A stretch of DNA of 64,000 nucleotides from Rhina ancylostomus (Eukaryota): the NCBI GenBank assembly GCA_030265395.1, contig JARFYF010000017.1:39835006-39899005 (forward strand), given 5' to 3'. Below are positions 40,206 to 53,190 of this stretch, piece after piece (position 1 is the first letter of the stretch; each line of letters opens with the position of its first letter). Made by a program: the position numbers and the translations under genes. The notes beneath the pieces were generated by a model. It ran no database searches and was not told the origin of the DNA. It worked only from the letters and a program-made list of their open reading frames with translations.

Positions 40206-41699
40206 AGGTTCCTTACCACTGATGTGCGGCTTACCGGTCTATAAACTTCCAATGGTGCATCTGCCCACACCCAATGCTCATCTCACTGGAGAGCAAGAAG
40301 ATGGAACACCAGTGTCTGAGGCACCCATGGGAATCGTGTGGAAGGAGGTATGACAGGGCTCATCACCTTACCCACCCAACCTTCACAGGAATCCACACTC
40401 GTATCTAGACTACTCTGAGGGGCAGTGGCGACACGGACTATGCCTCTCACTGAGATCTGTGATCTCGTGACCTCAAATACAGTCTCACGCATCTCCAGAC
40501 TGCTGTCGTGGTTGAAACGAGACTGTCACTCTCAACTTCCCAGCCCAAGGATCATTCCAGGCTGATGTTGCCAATCTCTGCCACTTCACAGTTCCCTGCT
40601 TACTGCCGCATCACAGAAGATATCCAAACCCTATAGTCAAGGATACCTTGAGCCAGAGAACGAACATTTTCTAGCATTGAAAGCTGAACCATAAAACACG
40701 GAGAGTTCACAGAGATAGCAGTTTCACTCCTCCCAGATCTCTATCGAGCAACCTCCTGCCTGGCCACAGCCTGAGTTTCTGTGGACCCCTTGCACACAGT
40801 ACATCCCTCCTCCTGCTTGTCTATTCAACCAACTTCTCCCACTGCATTCCAGTGAAACTTGAAGCACGCTCCTTCCCCTCTCCTCAGTCAGCTGCTGCCA
40901 CTCTTCACACAGCACGACACGGTGGGGAGAATAAAATGGGATTAGTGAAAATGGGTGCTTAAAAGGTTAGCACAAACTTGGTAGGCCAAAGGGCATGTCT
41001 CCATGCTGTATGATTCTACATGAGTCCTTGTTGCAGCAAAGCTGTGCCTGCCCCTTTAAGAGCTGGACCCCAAGATTGCAGCTGCCTGACTAAGTGCTAC
41101 CAGCTGTGTGACATTATTGCAGGATGGATCATTAGCGCGGACTGAACCAAGCAAAGGGTGCCATTACACAATTAAAACCGACCACGCTGTTTAATACAGG
41201 TGGCATCAGTAGATCACAACCGTACTGGTAGTGCAGACAAATGTTTATGTTGCAGAATTGAAAGAACATCTTAAAGAGGAGAAAGAGATAGTTGGAGAGA
41301 TATATGGAATTTATGACATTTCTAATCTTAATGCCTTAGTAGCTCAACTGGAGGAACGATCATCTTAATGGATGATCAAAGAACAAAATTAGAGGAACAG
41401 AGAGGCTCTGGAAAATGGTGGGCTGGAGGAGATTTCAGAGAAAGGGGGTAATGAGAAGATGGTGGGATATAAAGACCATTTATATTGGGCTATACTCCAA
41501 GGTAGTTTAGATTCTAAAGAAAAACTGTCTTAATAAGGGTTGACCCCAAGTCTAGATCCACTGACTGGAGGACTTGACCACTTCAGTCAGAAATCTCCTG
41601 TTACCTATTGTTACCAGTGACTTCTGCCAGCAAGTTAAAGTCAGTACTCCCAGCTCTCTGAGGATTCCCTTCCTTAGGAATTCTCTACTCAAAATTGAG

Positions 41700-43915
41700 G
41701 CAGCTGTGGTCAGAGAGACGGATGATGCAGGTTAGAGATTGGGAAGAATTCCTAGGAAACGCCCACATACAACCTTTTGGGACAAAAGTACAGTATCTAT
41801 TGTTACAAAGAGCACACATTTGCGTTGCTTCAACTTACTCATGCATTCTTCACCTTGCTACCACCAAAATCAGATGTTCTAAGCTTATAGCAATCAACAG
41901 ACCATCATTTGCAAGATTTTATCCAACGTGGCCTGGAAAATCTCGACCAAAGACTCGATTCCATTGGGCAGTGTTGTGTACGTCAAGCTCTTTATATGCA
42001 TTGATAGTCAGATGTTACATCTTATCTTTGTTTTCATAGGCAATGTTTTTGAATACCTTTGATTCTGTGAACTAGTGCGAGGTGGGCATTGTCTGTCATT
42101 GACTTTGAGCAATTTAGGAATCACCACATAGACACACAATTTTGACTGCCTCAGGCACAACCGCTATTGGCGTGGCCCACTCACTCGGGTGGGTTTTCAC
42201 AAGTCCACCATCTGGTTTTAGCTGTTAAGTTCCTCCTCTTAATAGCATATAGGGCAGGGGTGCAATAGACTGGATTTGCATCTGCTACAATGTGAATATC
42301 TGGACTGTACCCTGTGATGCCTGTGCAGTTGTCTTCACACATATTTTCATTCCTTTCCAACAATGTGTCATGGCGTGATGTTGAAGCGTCAATGCTGAAA
42401 ATTTTCTTCCAATCCAACTCGAGTTGTCTCAGTCAGTTCTTCCTATTAAGGTTGGTTGGTCTGTTTCAGAGTTTGCTACAATGATTATTGCTTTACACAC
42501 TGTCCACTGTGCAGCACGATGTACTCCACTTTCCCTACTGCCTGAAAATGCTCACAAGAACAAGTTGTCCGTGCAACTGTACTTTCTATTAACAGTAATC
42601 TTTCTTTTCTTGCTGAATTTGGTAGAAAAGGACTTCAACTCGATACTTAACCAACTGCAGCTGTGTTAATTCACATATCAGTGCACTGGTTATTACTCAG
42701 CACCTTTACTCAAAGCTCTGTATATTTGCTGCTGCTATTGATTGTGGCAGAGGTTCTATAGAATTCCAAGTTCCTCAAAGTTTGGATGCTCATTCGTGCA
42801 AAAAAAAACTTCTTGCTGTCACTTTGAATTGCTGCTGAAATTACTTTCATTTATTGACCTAGCTTGGATCTGCAGGCTGGAAAAATGTGACCTTCCTGTC
42901 CCCAGAAACCTTAGCTGTTCAAGGCTGAAAAAATGGTGCGGTAACAGCCGTCGCAACAATAGGAAATGAATTGGTCTATCCAATGCAATATGGAGTTGGT
43001 GTTGCAGCCTTGCATTTTGCCAAGGTTCGCTGACTGAGGGCTGCAACCTTATCGGTTGCTTGCACTGAATGTGATTCTCTGGTTTTCTTGGAATCCATTG
43101 GCATCAACACAGCAATTTTACAGGAAAGCTGAATGCCAGGTTTAGCATCCTCAACAGCTTTGAATGAATTTGAAGGCACACTGAAAAAGGCTCCAAAATT
43201 AAATGCAAGGTTAAGTTATTTAATGGAGCAACACAGACGCTAATTGCCTCACCCTGCCTCTGGCACAAACATATAACTTTCAGCTATTTCTAACAGCTTT
43301 GGATTAATATTCCAGTTCACAAGCCATCCATTGTCTGAGGTCACGTGGGACTTGGTACCCCGAAGTTCTGGCCCAGTCTTCATCAGGAGTATTGTTTATT
43401 TATGCTCACACATCATGGGCTTGCACAATAATGCCTTCTCCGTCAACTTCCATGATATTATTTGCTACAAGGAATATCTCCTCTTACTATGTGTATGAGC
43501 TTAATGGTCCCTGAGCCTGCCCAGATATGCCAAAGCTTCTCAAGGCCAGGTGGGGTTTCTTCCATATTCGACAGTGACATGGCTAAAAATGGTGTGTGCA
43601 ATAGTCCGGTGATAAGTCAACTCCTTCCCCCTATGGATCACTGTGCAATCACTTGCATGGAATCTCAAGTCACAGTGAGAAGGGGTTGACTTTTCACTGG
43701 ATGGCCCCAAGTTTAGCTACGTCACTGTAAATCAGTTTTGGTGCTGCAAACCAACTTAAAGCTTTCCTTGCAAGTCATAAGTATTATTGGAGAATCCTGA
43801 AGGAAACTACCATCCTTATCGCCAATTTGTAATGTCTTTCACAAATGCTTTGACGCACAGCATTTATATATTCAAAGAGATACAGGATGACTTACAAGAT
43901 GGAACCGTTAATACA
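41700..43915 (-). mobile_element. Decayed Ty3/Gypsy LTR retrotransposon (K02A2.6/Mag-like): LTR, PBS, gag, protease, RT
   Basis: Minus-strand remnants appear in the expected order: PBS tggcgataaggatgg (43810-43824), knuckle GHIFPACRSK, PTLIGR..LELDWKKI, SEWATPIAVVP..VCLCGD, LTIN, IFQATLDKILQ, KLKQRKCV. There are many stops and frameshifts. Confidence 0.82.
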
Positions 43916-46361
43916 ATTTAAGCCTTAAAACAGTTCTGACAAAGGGTCTTAAACTTGAAACATTAGCTCTGTTTCTCCTCCCACAGATGGAGTCTGACCT
44001 GCTGAGTACTTCCAGCATTCTCTGTTTTTACCTCAAAACAATTTACATGTTGAGATTTAAAGACTTAGTGCAGACTGAATGCTCGTGACAATGCTATGTT
44101 GTTGCATAGCAGACACACCACAAAAATCTCCTGCCCATTTGGATCACCGGGTGAACCCACACTTGGATGCAGAGAGAAAAGCTGACTAATACAGATGATA
44201 CAATCTGCTGGCCAGTGGTCTCAAATCTTTCCCACCATTTTGTACCATAGGATAATGGGAAAGAAACGCATATTGAACGGAAGTGGAAGCAAGTAGGGAT
44301 TTGGGGGTGGGGGGCGCGGGGTGCGCAGAATAAGATCATCTGCAAGTTAGAACCAGGTCACTGGTAGGGGTTGTTATATTCATCAATATCACAACAAATT
44401 CATGCACCATGACACCAGGAAATGGCACCAGAAAACAAAACAATGAAAACTTAATGAGCAGCTGACATGGTTTGGCCTGGTCTTCTAGTTTGCTGTAAAT
44501 AACTTTTTGTTTACTGTAAATTTCTGTTTAACACCGACACCCCAGTGTGAAGTCCTGGAGGCAGTGAACACTCTAGGCAAAATACTTCCAAAAAAATTCT
44601 GCATCATGCCTCTGGACTGCTAAGATGCTTTCAGGTAACTGAAATTCAAGGCTCACAATTCAGGAACGGAAGAGGAAACATTTATCTTGATCACTTGCAC
44701 CAATCCCTTGTCCTGAGAGGAAAGTTCTTCAGCAGAGGTGAGTAAGTAATGGATAAAAAAGCATTGATTATTAACTGTAAATTTTTATCAGTGTGGCGAA
44801 GGACCGAGCATTCAATACAAAGACTGGGATTTATCAGCACAGTAAGTACAGAACAAATCATTTCACTCCATTCCCATCACCATAGAAACCATCTTACCTT
44901 CCTGTATCTCCTGCTACTCAAACATGTATGAATACAAGCTCTTGATGATAGATGGACTAGACTGCTAAATGCCAAATGTATCCCTATTAGAGACATCTAA
45001 CCATCCAAAGATATTAATATAAAGTAACATCAAAACTGCAAGAATGCAGATAAATATAGCCTCTATTAGCGACCTTTTTCTTACTTCTAGCATATATTCT
45101 CATTGGTCAAAGTCTTTGCTTCTCTCAAGTGCATTTTCCTTTTGTTTCTACTGCTGATTATTTTCCCTGTATTTCCTGTGCCTCACCTTCCCTCATTCTT
45201 TGTTCCCTGCCCTTTACTCTCCAAGAAAACTCACTACAATTCCACGGCACATACTTGTCGATCACTTGAAGCAGTTACAAGGGCATAACACCCCAAAAGG
45301 TGCGGGAACTGCCTACAACCTCGCCAGCTTTTGCTCGTGCCACGTGCCAAGCTATTTACCCCTTGACCAGTCACTATTCTCTAAAAGTTCAGTAAAAAAA
45401 AGACCTGGAAGTGAAAAACCTCTTGGCACAGCAATATAACACTGCATGCATTCAAGAAAAAGTGATTTCTGTTTATCTTCCTCTTCTCTTTAACATTTAT
45501 GAATCCATTTCAGAAAATTAAGAATGACCAGAGCCATGTTAAGCTCTGCTGGAGCACTGGATTTGAGCTCTCAATCCCCTATCCCATCATTAGTCATTCA
45601 ACGACATTGCTGGTTGTGAACTTCAACCCTGGATCACTTGCTTAGTACACGAATGCTCAGTCGACATTTTAACTAATAACCATGAGCTGGCTTGTTGGAG
45701 ACAGAAAGGGGTTGAAGATGGTGATAGTGACTGGCAATGGCTGGGTGATGCCTTCTTCTTGCAGCTTGTTTCTCTTCCACAATGTACTGAGCATGTGCTC
45801 ATTATTACCTTTGACTTTAAAGTGTCACCCCTGTGGGAGTCGCCACTTTGCACACAGTTGCCTCCTGAGCTCCAACGGGAGTTGGATCCTGGAAGAACTT
45901 CTTATTATATATCTTCTTTTCAGTTCTGGTGAATTATGTGCATGCTTTAGTTGGTCTACCTACCCTAACCAGCAAGTAATATAGATACAGGATGTTTAAA
46001 ACAAACATGGTCTGTCGAGTAAATACAAATCATTCCCTCCCTAAAAATAACGTATTAGAAATATTAATAAAAATCAGTCATAAAACAGTACTGTACGAAA
46101 ATGGCACCAAAAGCTTTGCATCAAAAAAAAAACAAAATAAAAAAACCTGCTTTGTTTGGAATTACTACTTTGTATTGTTTGGCCATTGCATAATTGAAAA
46201 TGAGCTATGAAGAGAAAAATTGCAAACCTTGTGCAAGCACTGTGAGCCTCCACTAAGTGTTTATTTAAATGGATTTGCCTTCATCCTTGTGCCATAAGAA
46301 TTCTGGGCTCAAGTTGTGCATCCAATGCTCAAAACACTGACACAATTCAGTTCGGTCTCAA

Positions 46362-46460
46362 TCAGTCCTGATGCAGGGTCTCAACCCGAAATGTCGACTA
46401 TCCCTTTGCCTCCACAGATGCTGCCTGACCCGTTGTTCCTCCAGCAGGTTTCTTAGCTCA
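46362..46460 (+). mobile_element. Penelope-type terminal-repeat unit with a minimal hammerhead-like motif
   Basis: agtc-ctgatgc-a-gggt-ctca-accc-gaaa-tgtc-gact followed by ccacagatgctgcctgaccc. Confidence 0.75.
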
Positions 46461-46707
46461 CTGAACCTCTGCTTCTGTTCTTTAAATACATGGCTGGAAT
46501 ATCTCTCCTGAGGCTCTGTCTGCCCTCTCAGATGTATCTAAACCATCTCCAGGCTCTATGTGAAAAAGGAGCAGGGGCATTGTCTTTGTCCTTAGCCATT
46601 AATTATCACAGGCACTAACATTCTCACGGATTATTTGGCTTTAATGCAATGCTGATTATGGGATCTTGCTGTGTGCAATTCCACTGCAGTGTTTTGTATT
46701 ACAACAG

Positions 46708-46987
46708 TGGGAACAGGCCTGTTAGCCCATGACTTCACATTGGCCATCAAACACCCATTTGCACAAATCCCATTTTACTCTCCTCACATTCCCACCAGCT
46801 CCCTCCACTCACCCACACACTAGGGGCAATTAACCTGCCAACCTGAACATCTTTGGAATGTGGGAGGAAACCTACGAGTTCACAGGGAGAATGTGCAAGC
46901 TCCACACAGACAATGCTAGAGTACGGGATTGAAACAGGATCACTGGAGCCGAGGCATTTGCTCCACTAACTGTGCCACTGTGTTGCC
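46708..46987 (-). mobile_element. V-SINE (HE1-like)
   Basis: ctttggaatgtgggaggaaacc..cacagggagaatgtgcaagctccacacagac, with a CR1-type tail aacaggcctgttagccc. Confidence 0.85.
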
Positions 46988-48138
46988 ATAAAGCACTTCT
47001 GAATGTTGTGATATGTGCTATACAAATGCAAGATTATCTCTCTTTGCTTTGCCCTAATCTGCAGCAGGAGCCACTTTAGGAAGGAAAAAGTCATCATTCA
47101 AAATGACACGCCAAAAACAAATTCTTAAAGTTGTCCAGAAACCTTCAGGCATGTAATATTGTTTGTTTGTTATAAAATACGTTGCCTTCACCAGATTAAA
47201 GGAAGACAAATTAAATGATGCATGCAGTATCTCAGAAAACATGCTCTACTTTATGCCTCTAAATGAATTAATGCTGTTTAATGGATCACAACACTAATTT
47301 GAATCAAATTGATACGAAAGAAACTGCTTCAATTCTCATTTTTCCATTGCTAAATGCAAGTATGAGTGAGAGAGGAAAGGCCTCAGGCAAGGGAACAACA
47401 ACAACAACAATATTATTAGTGCATTGTAGCAATCTGAAACTTGCAAAGTGTGACACATAATGGATATCACCCTGACATATTTATTATATAGGTGGAAAAG
47501 CTCAGCCCCATCAGCCAAGAACCATTGTTGCCGGCAGACAACTGTTGGCAGACAGCAGGCAGACAAAGCCCTCTTATTGTTGAACTTTGTTTCTGAACAA
47601 CAAAAACACATTGGTTTGGGTATTTCATCTTGCAGACATTAGGGGAGGATCTCAACTGATATTTGGCCCTTGTGTGTCATGGTATGGGCCTTGAAATTCT
47701 ACATCACATTCTGCCATGCTTTGTCTGGTGAACTGAACGACAGTCTTAAATTCCCTGAATATGTAAATTGAAGTCCCATAGAAGTCCAAAGACAGGGACA
47801 CCAAATGCCAAATTTGGGAGCGTATCAACATAACTTGCACCCACATCAGGTTTCGAGAAGTCTAAACCATGTCCTTATAGGAGATGCTGGAGCCTGTTTA
47901 GTAAACAATCTAAGGAAGTCTCAGCTTTCATCTTTGTAGGTCTAAGGTAGGAGCACTTGGTCTGCAGGGTGCAGGAAATCGATAGGGTCCCACTGATGTG
48001 TTTGAGGTCTGCTCTGTTAGAACTAGACTCCCCCACACGCCTAGTGACCACAACCACAACTGGCTCGCATGCTCTATGAGCTTTAGACATATCGACTTCT
48101 CCGGACGTTGACTTCTAGTTACAGCTTGCCAAGGAAGC

Positions 48139-48158
48139 CACGTGCACGTGTTCACGTG
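48139..48158. promoter_or_regulatory. Cluster of three canonical E-boxes (CACGTG)
   Basis: cacgtg at 48139, 48145 and 48153. Function is not demonstrated. Confidence 0.4.
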
Positions 48159-50764
48159 ACACTTGGATTCGAGTTGAGCTGCTCTGAGGCTGGCAATGCT
48201 CTAGAAACCAATACTGCACCTTGGCACTTTGCCTGTGCAGTAGGAGCCTGAGGCAGACCGTTTTTCCTTTGATAGGAAAGGCCATATTTCATCGAAGAGC
48301 GCAGCAGCACCAAAGATCTCTGTTTGTTATTGAATATTACATAGCACTGCTCATGCATTCCTCTACTCAACCTCATCATCAAAGTTCATGCTTCAGACCA
48401 AACAATAATCGAGTGTAATTTTGACAATGGATAATCCGAACATCTAAATGGACTAATAATCGTTAGTATTAACCAACAGCAAAGGAATTATAATTTCACA
48501 TTCTGAAAAATGGAGGCTTGAAATTCAGTTAACAAGAAACACATATAATGGAGAAATGCTCATATTGATAGTCTGGGCTTATCAAAACCTAGATAAAGCT
48601 GCCTTCTTCTTTGGAGCCTGGAATTCAGTACCAAGCTGGAACTCATTTTCCCACCTCAACAGAAACCCACAACGAATTTGACCTCCAATCCCAGAGGTGC
48701 AACACTGGCTGTTGATCCAGATGCTACCCGTGTCATCTTATTAATGAGCTGAGCAAGGTATTGTTCAACTCATTTCAACGTATTACTGTTTCCATTCCCA
48801 GCGCTTTACTCATAGCTTTGCTGGGAGATCACTGTAGACTTCCTCCACTAGCAACCTGTAGGTTCAGCAACTCATCAGAATTTATGGGTCCTGTATTGGA
48901 ACTACACTCAGGAAGGAGGCAAGGGTAGAGATGACCTCAGTAATGGAAGGGAAAGAATAGGGCAGGGGGGTGGGGTGTCAGCCCAAGCTTTCCAGGCTGC
49001 ATTTTGTCACCCCATGGGATAAGGAGGGGCAGTCATGGACTCCTTCTCTCCTCCTTGCCTGGGAAGATGGACCCAGGCCAGTGCGCACCATGACAACCGT
49101 CAGCTCCAGAAGTACAGGCTTTAGCTGTCTCGCAGACAACCACTACTCAGCCAACCAGTGAGGTGCTTTAAACTCCAAGCTGACTGTTGCAATGTTCAGC
49201 ACACACAGGCTTCGCTCCCTATGGCACTGCAAGTACTCTCCCCACTTTGTACCCAGACTCTCACACACACAAAATATTAGGTTGCAAGCTCTACACCAAT
49301 TTAATCTATGTTTATGTTACGCCCTAAATGAAAAATTAAAGCAAAAGCATTCTTGACGGTAACTTGAATGGGTGCCAGGACAAAGCCCTTGATAGCCAGG
49401 CAATCTCAATGTTATCAGGATATCTGGTCACCCTGTGACCAAACAGTCAAGGCCACCAACAGGAAACAAAGTCTGCTTGACAGGTGAGCCCTGCTCTTCT
49501 GCTATTTAGAGGGAGCATCAATTATTGACAAACATGTTGGCGAAGAGAAGGCTGCAAGAGATTTCAGATTATTTTGGAGAGAAACCCCCTCTTCTCCCTT
49601 CACAAAAAAGGCAGAGCCAATTACAAGGCTACCTATAGAGGAGGAGGAACAGAACAAGACAGGTTGGAAGAGCCATTCACCCCAAGGATCTTCTAGCAGC
49701 AACACTCTACCTGTCTGAGGAGCAATGTGTCCAGAAGGTGATTGTCAGAAGCAGCAGAGATCGGACACTAACTGCTGGCAGAGATCCAGAAACTATACTG
49801 GTATTGCTGTCTGTGGAGGCGAGGATTATGGTCACCCTGAGCTTCTTGGCCTGTGGGCCAGTCCAGGTGGATGTGTCTCATATTCACTGTGCTTTGGATG
49901 TTGAAGCTGGCTGCTACATACTCAACCACATGAACATGGCAGATCTGCTCCATTAGCATTGCAAGAGAAGTCTGTCACAGCTAAAAAGACCACCTTCTAG
50001 CCTTCATGATGCAGCTCCAGAAACACTAAAGAATATTTGCCTCATTCAGAATGGGGCTGCCCTTGGTAAATACCACCACCAGAAAACATCTCAACTTTCT
50101 CTGCAGCCAGAGCTCCCACACTCAGGAAAAGGCTTTGACCTGCACAACCCAGATAACCCTGGTGCTGTTGTCACAGGTCTTCTTAGCCCAGTAAGGCAGA
50201 CTCCAAGTTACACCCTATCCTCATTCAGACAGAATTACTGCATGAACCTGCCCTCCAGATTCTTGCACCAGGCCTGCCTTTTCCTGGCCTGACCCCAATC
50301 CACTCAGGTCTGGAGTCTCTCCTCATGCAGGTGCTCACCCTGAGCTGCTCTGTGAAATTCCGGTGCTCAGCAGCTGGGGTGCGAGCATCAGGTGCAGACA
50401 CACTGTCTTCTTTGGTCTTGCTGCTTATCAGCCATGGCCTGNNNNNNNNNNGGCCTGTGCCTCTGAAAGAAGAAAGGCACAAAAGTGGGTCATGGTGAGA
50501 GGCATGTTTGAACCATCTGCATGTTGTAAAGCAGAAGAGGTTTTGTGTGCTGAGGGGAAGGTGGGGTATTAGAAGAATTATTACATTGACCATATGGTCA
50601 TCTGTAATTGCTCTGATGCTCTGCCAGCCCTGGGCTCTGTGGTGATCAAGCTCATGATCCCGAGCACCTTGTTCTCAAAGCAAATTAGAGAGCGTACACG
50701 ACGGTTCCTCCCTCTAGTCTGTTGCTGCTGGGGGTTGTCTGCTCCTGTTGTAAGAGAGGGTAAG

Positions 50765-50962
50765 TTAGTGAGTGTGTTGCAAATGTGTGCGTGTGTTTTT
50801 CTGTGAGTGTAAATGTAAGTGTATATCGATGTGTATGAGAGAGAGAGTATGAGTGAGTGTGTAAGAGTACGTGTGAGTGAATGTGCACAAGCACACGTGA
50901 GTGAGCAGGTGTGTACAAGTGGGAGGGGGAGACAGACAGAGAGCGAGGGGGAGACAGACAGA
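50765..50962. repeat. GT/GA-rich low-complexity simple repeat
   Basis: Degenerate (GT)n, (GA)n and (GACA)n runs. Confidence 0.85.
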
Positions 50963-53094
50963 GAGCTTCCATGGTGCGAGGTTGAAAATTTACGTTGGGG
51001 TGGGAGGNNNNNNNNNNNNNNNNNNNNNNNNNNNNNNNNNNNNNNNNNNNNNNNNNNNNNNNNNNNNNNNNNNNNNNNNNNNNNNNNNNNNNNNNNNNNN
51101 NNNNNNNAAGTGAGGGTTGGAGTGGTGGTAAGTGCGTGCGTGTGGTTGAGAAGCTGTCAGCAGATGGGTTTGGTTGCTGTTTCCACTGACCTTACTAATG
51201 TACGAAATTATGAAACTTCTTCCTGCAGCGTGATAGACCTGACATTCTGCATGCTGGTCACCTCCTCCCACCGGGCTTCGCCTCAGCCCTTAGTGATTCT
51301 CTGGACACCTGTCCCTGCAGGAAAAACATCTTTTCTACTGTCCACCCTTCAGTCTTAATGTGGGCCTGTGCCCCAATCATTGAAATCAGTGTTCCCCAAG
51401 CTACATAGCCACTTGGCTATGATTGCTTCTCTCTCCACAGATGCTGCCTGACCTGCTGTGTTCCACAACAGTTTTTATTTCAGATTTCCAGCAAATGCAG
51501 CACTTTGTTTTCCAGAAGAATTTGCTGGCAGGGTTGGATGAAGAGGAATTAGAGGAGACTAACGTGGAACATAGCAACTGATCTAGTGGATTTGGATCGA
51601 GTGGTCTGCTTCTGTGTTTAACCTCTCATCTAATGATGGTGAGTTGTGACAGTCGCCCTGGTAACGTGCTTGTGAGGAAGTCTACGGTAATTTGCAAAGA
51701 ATGTGCAGATTCCGTGATCATTAGTTATGAATGTGCTGTCTTTTTTGAATGAGGCCACCAGTTATGAATTTCTAATGAGCCTTGGCTGTAGCTCGAGAGC
51801 TATAAAAAGGAAACTGCAAAGAATCCTCTCAGCCTAACAGCTTTATAAAGAGGCAGCCAGATTTTCATGAACTCCCACAGCTCGCAAGGGGACAAGTGCA
51901 GAAGTACATGTCACATTCAGATTTGTGGCAGCTTGTTATTTTACTCTTCAAGGAAACAAATAATAGCCGACATTCATGTTGTTCTGCAGTAACAGAGCCA
52001 TCATTTCTATAATAAATTAGGTTCAGTGATTTTGGAGAGTGCCAAGCAATTCGTAGCGTGGCACCTGCCCTCAGTTGTGTGATAATTGGCTTAAATTTCC
52101 TTGAAACTCAGTGAAGGGCTTTTGTGATCTGACACCATTTATCGAGGGCTGGAGATGAACTGGAATACTTCCCGACAGATCAAGGCTCCTTTATGTGGTC
52201 CTGGGCACGTGATCATATGTTTTGCTTCAACAGCAAGTCTATTGAAGACCCTGTCAGAGCGGATCAGCAGAGGGGGAATGGAGATATGAAAGTCAAAAAG
52301 ACTGCAGTTAAGAGGGGGTAAGCAGCCCCAAAGCTGTTGTCAATTAACACTCGAGCTGGCAGGCTCCAATCACATTGAAACACAAATGTGAGGGTTCAAT
52401 GATCCATGCATTGGCCATAAGGATGGACAGTGGGAGGGCAGATACAACCTGCGAGTTCAGGAAATGATAGATTTCCAGTTGGCCAAGCTCCCAGCTGATA
52501 TGTAGAACCAGAGCACCACAGGGCTGCTATCACTCCCTGGAGTATTGAGACACTTGCCATCTGGGCACATCCGTGGGGAAAGGACTACGATTGGCATCTC
52601 TTGACCACACATCCCTGTTTGAGTCCCACACGCAAGAAAAAGAGTACCAACGGTGTTAGTTCTATCACACCCGATCTCTGGCACAGCACCACTTTAGCAC
52701 ACGCATGAATCAATATCGCGACCACATTCTCTCTTTTCAGGCTCCATTTCAAGATGGAGTTAGAAGAAAGACATCCGCGTTTAGCTTTTCCCAAAGACAG
52801 AGAGCCAGAAATTGATTGTTGATTGCTACTTGCCTCTGTGCTATTCAATTGAAAACACATTTTTGCTGGAACGAAACCAGACAATGAACATTGCTGGGCA
52901 GTTTCACACTGGAAATCAGTCTGATACTTCCCAACATGAGCTGCGCCTAAGGGATAGTCATTCCCCTTGCAACACATCTTGTGGAGCAGTTCCAGGTAAA
53001 TTAAACCATATTCTCCTCGGGGCTGTTGTTGGTCACTCCCTGAATCATTGGATTTTAATTGCTGCACTGGCCTGGACTGAACCTTAGTTCAGGA

Positions 53095-53190
53095 CCTGAA
53101 TGAAGGCTCACAACCCAAAACGTCGACTGTTTTTTTTCCCCTCCATAGATGCTGCCTGACCTGCTGAGTTCCTCCAGCGTTTTGTGTGGA
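53095..53190 (+). mobile_element. Penelope-type terminal-repeat unit
   Basis: ctgaatgaaggctcacaacccaaaacgtcgactg..ctccatagatgctgcctgacctgctgagttcctccagcgttttgtgtg. Confidence 0.8.

Larger units (their letters stand above)
46270..47045 (+). mobile_element. DeuSINE (SacSINE1-like) split by two younger insertions
   Basis: Deu core gaggctctgtctgccctctcagatg..gaaaaaggagcagggg..gggatcttgctgtgtgcaa..attacaacagtg. The tail aagcactt..gtgctatacaaatgcaag resumes after 46990. Confidence 0.75.
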
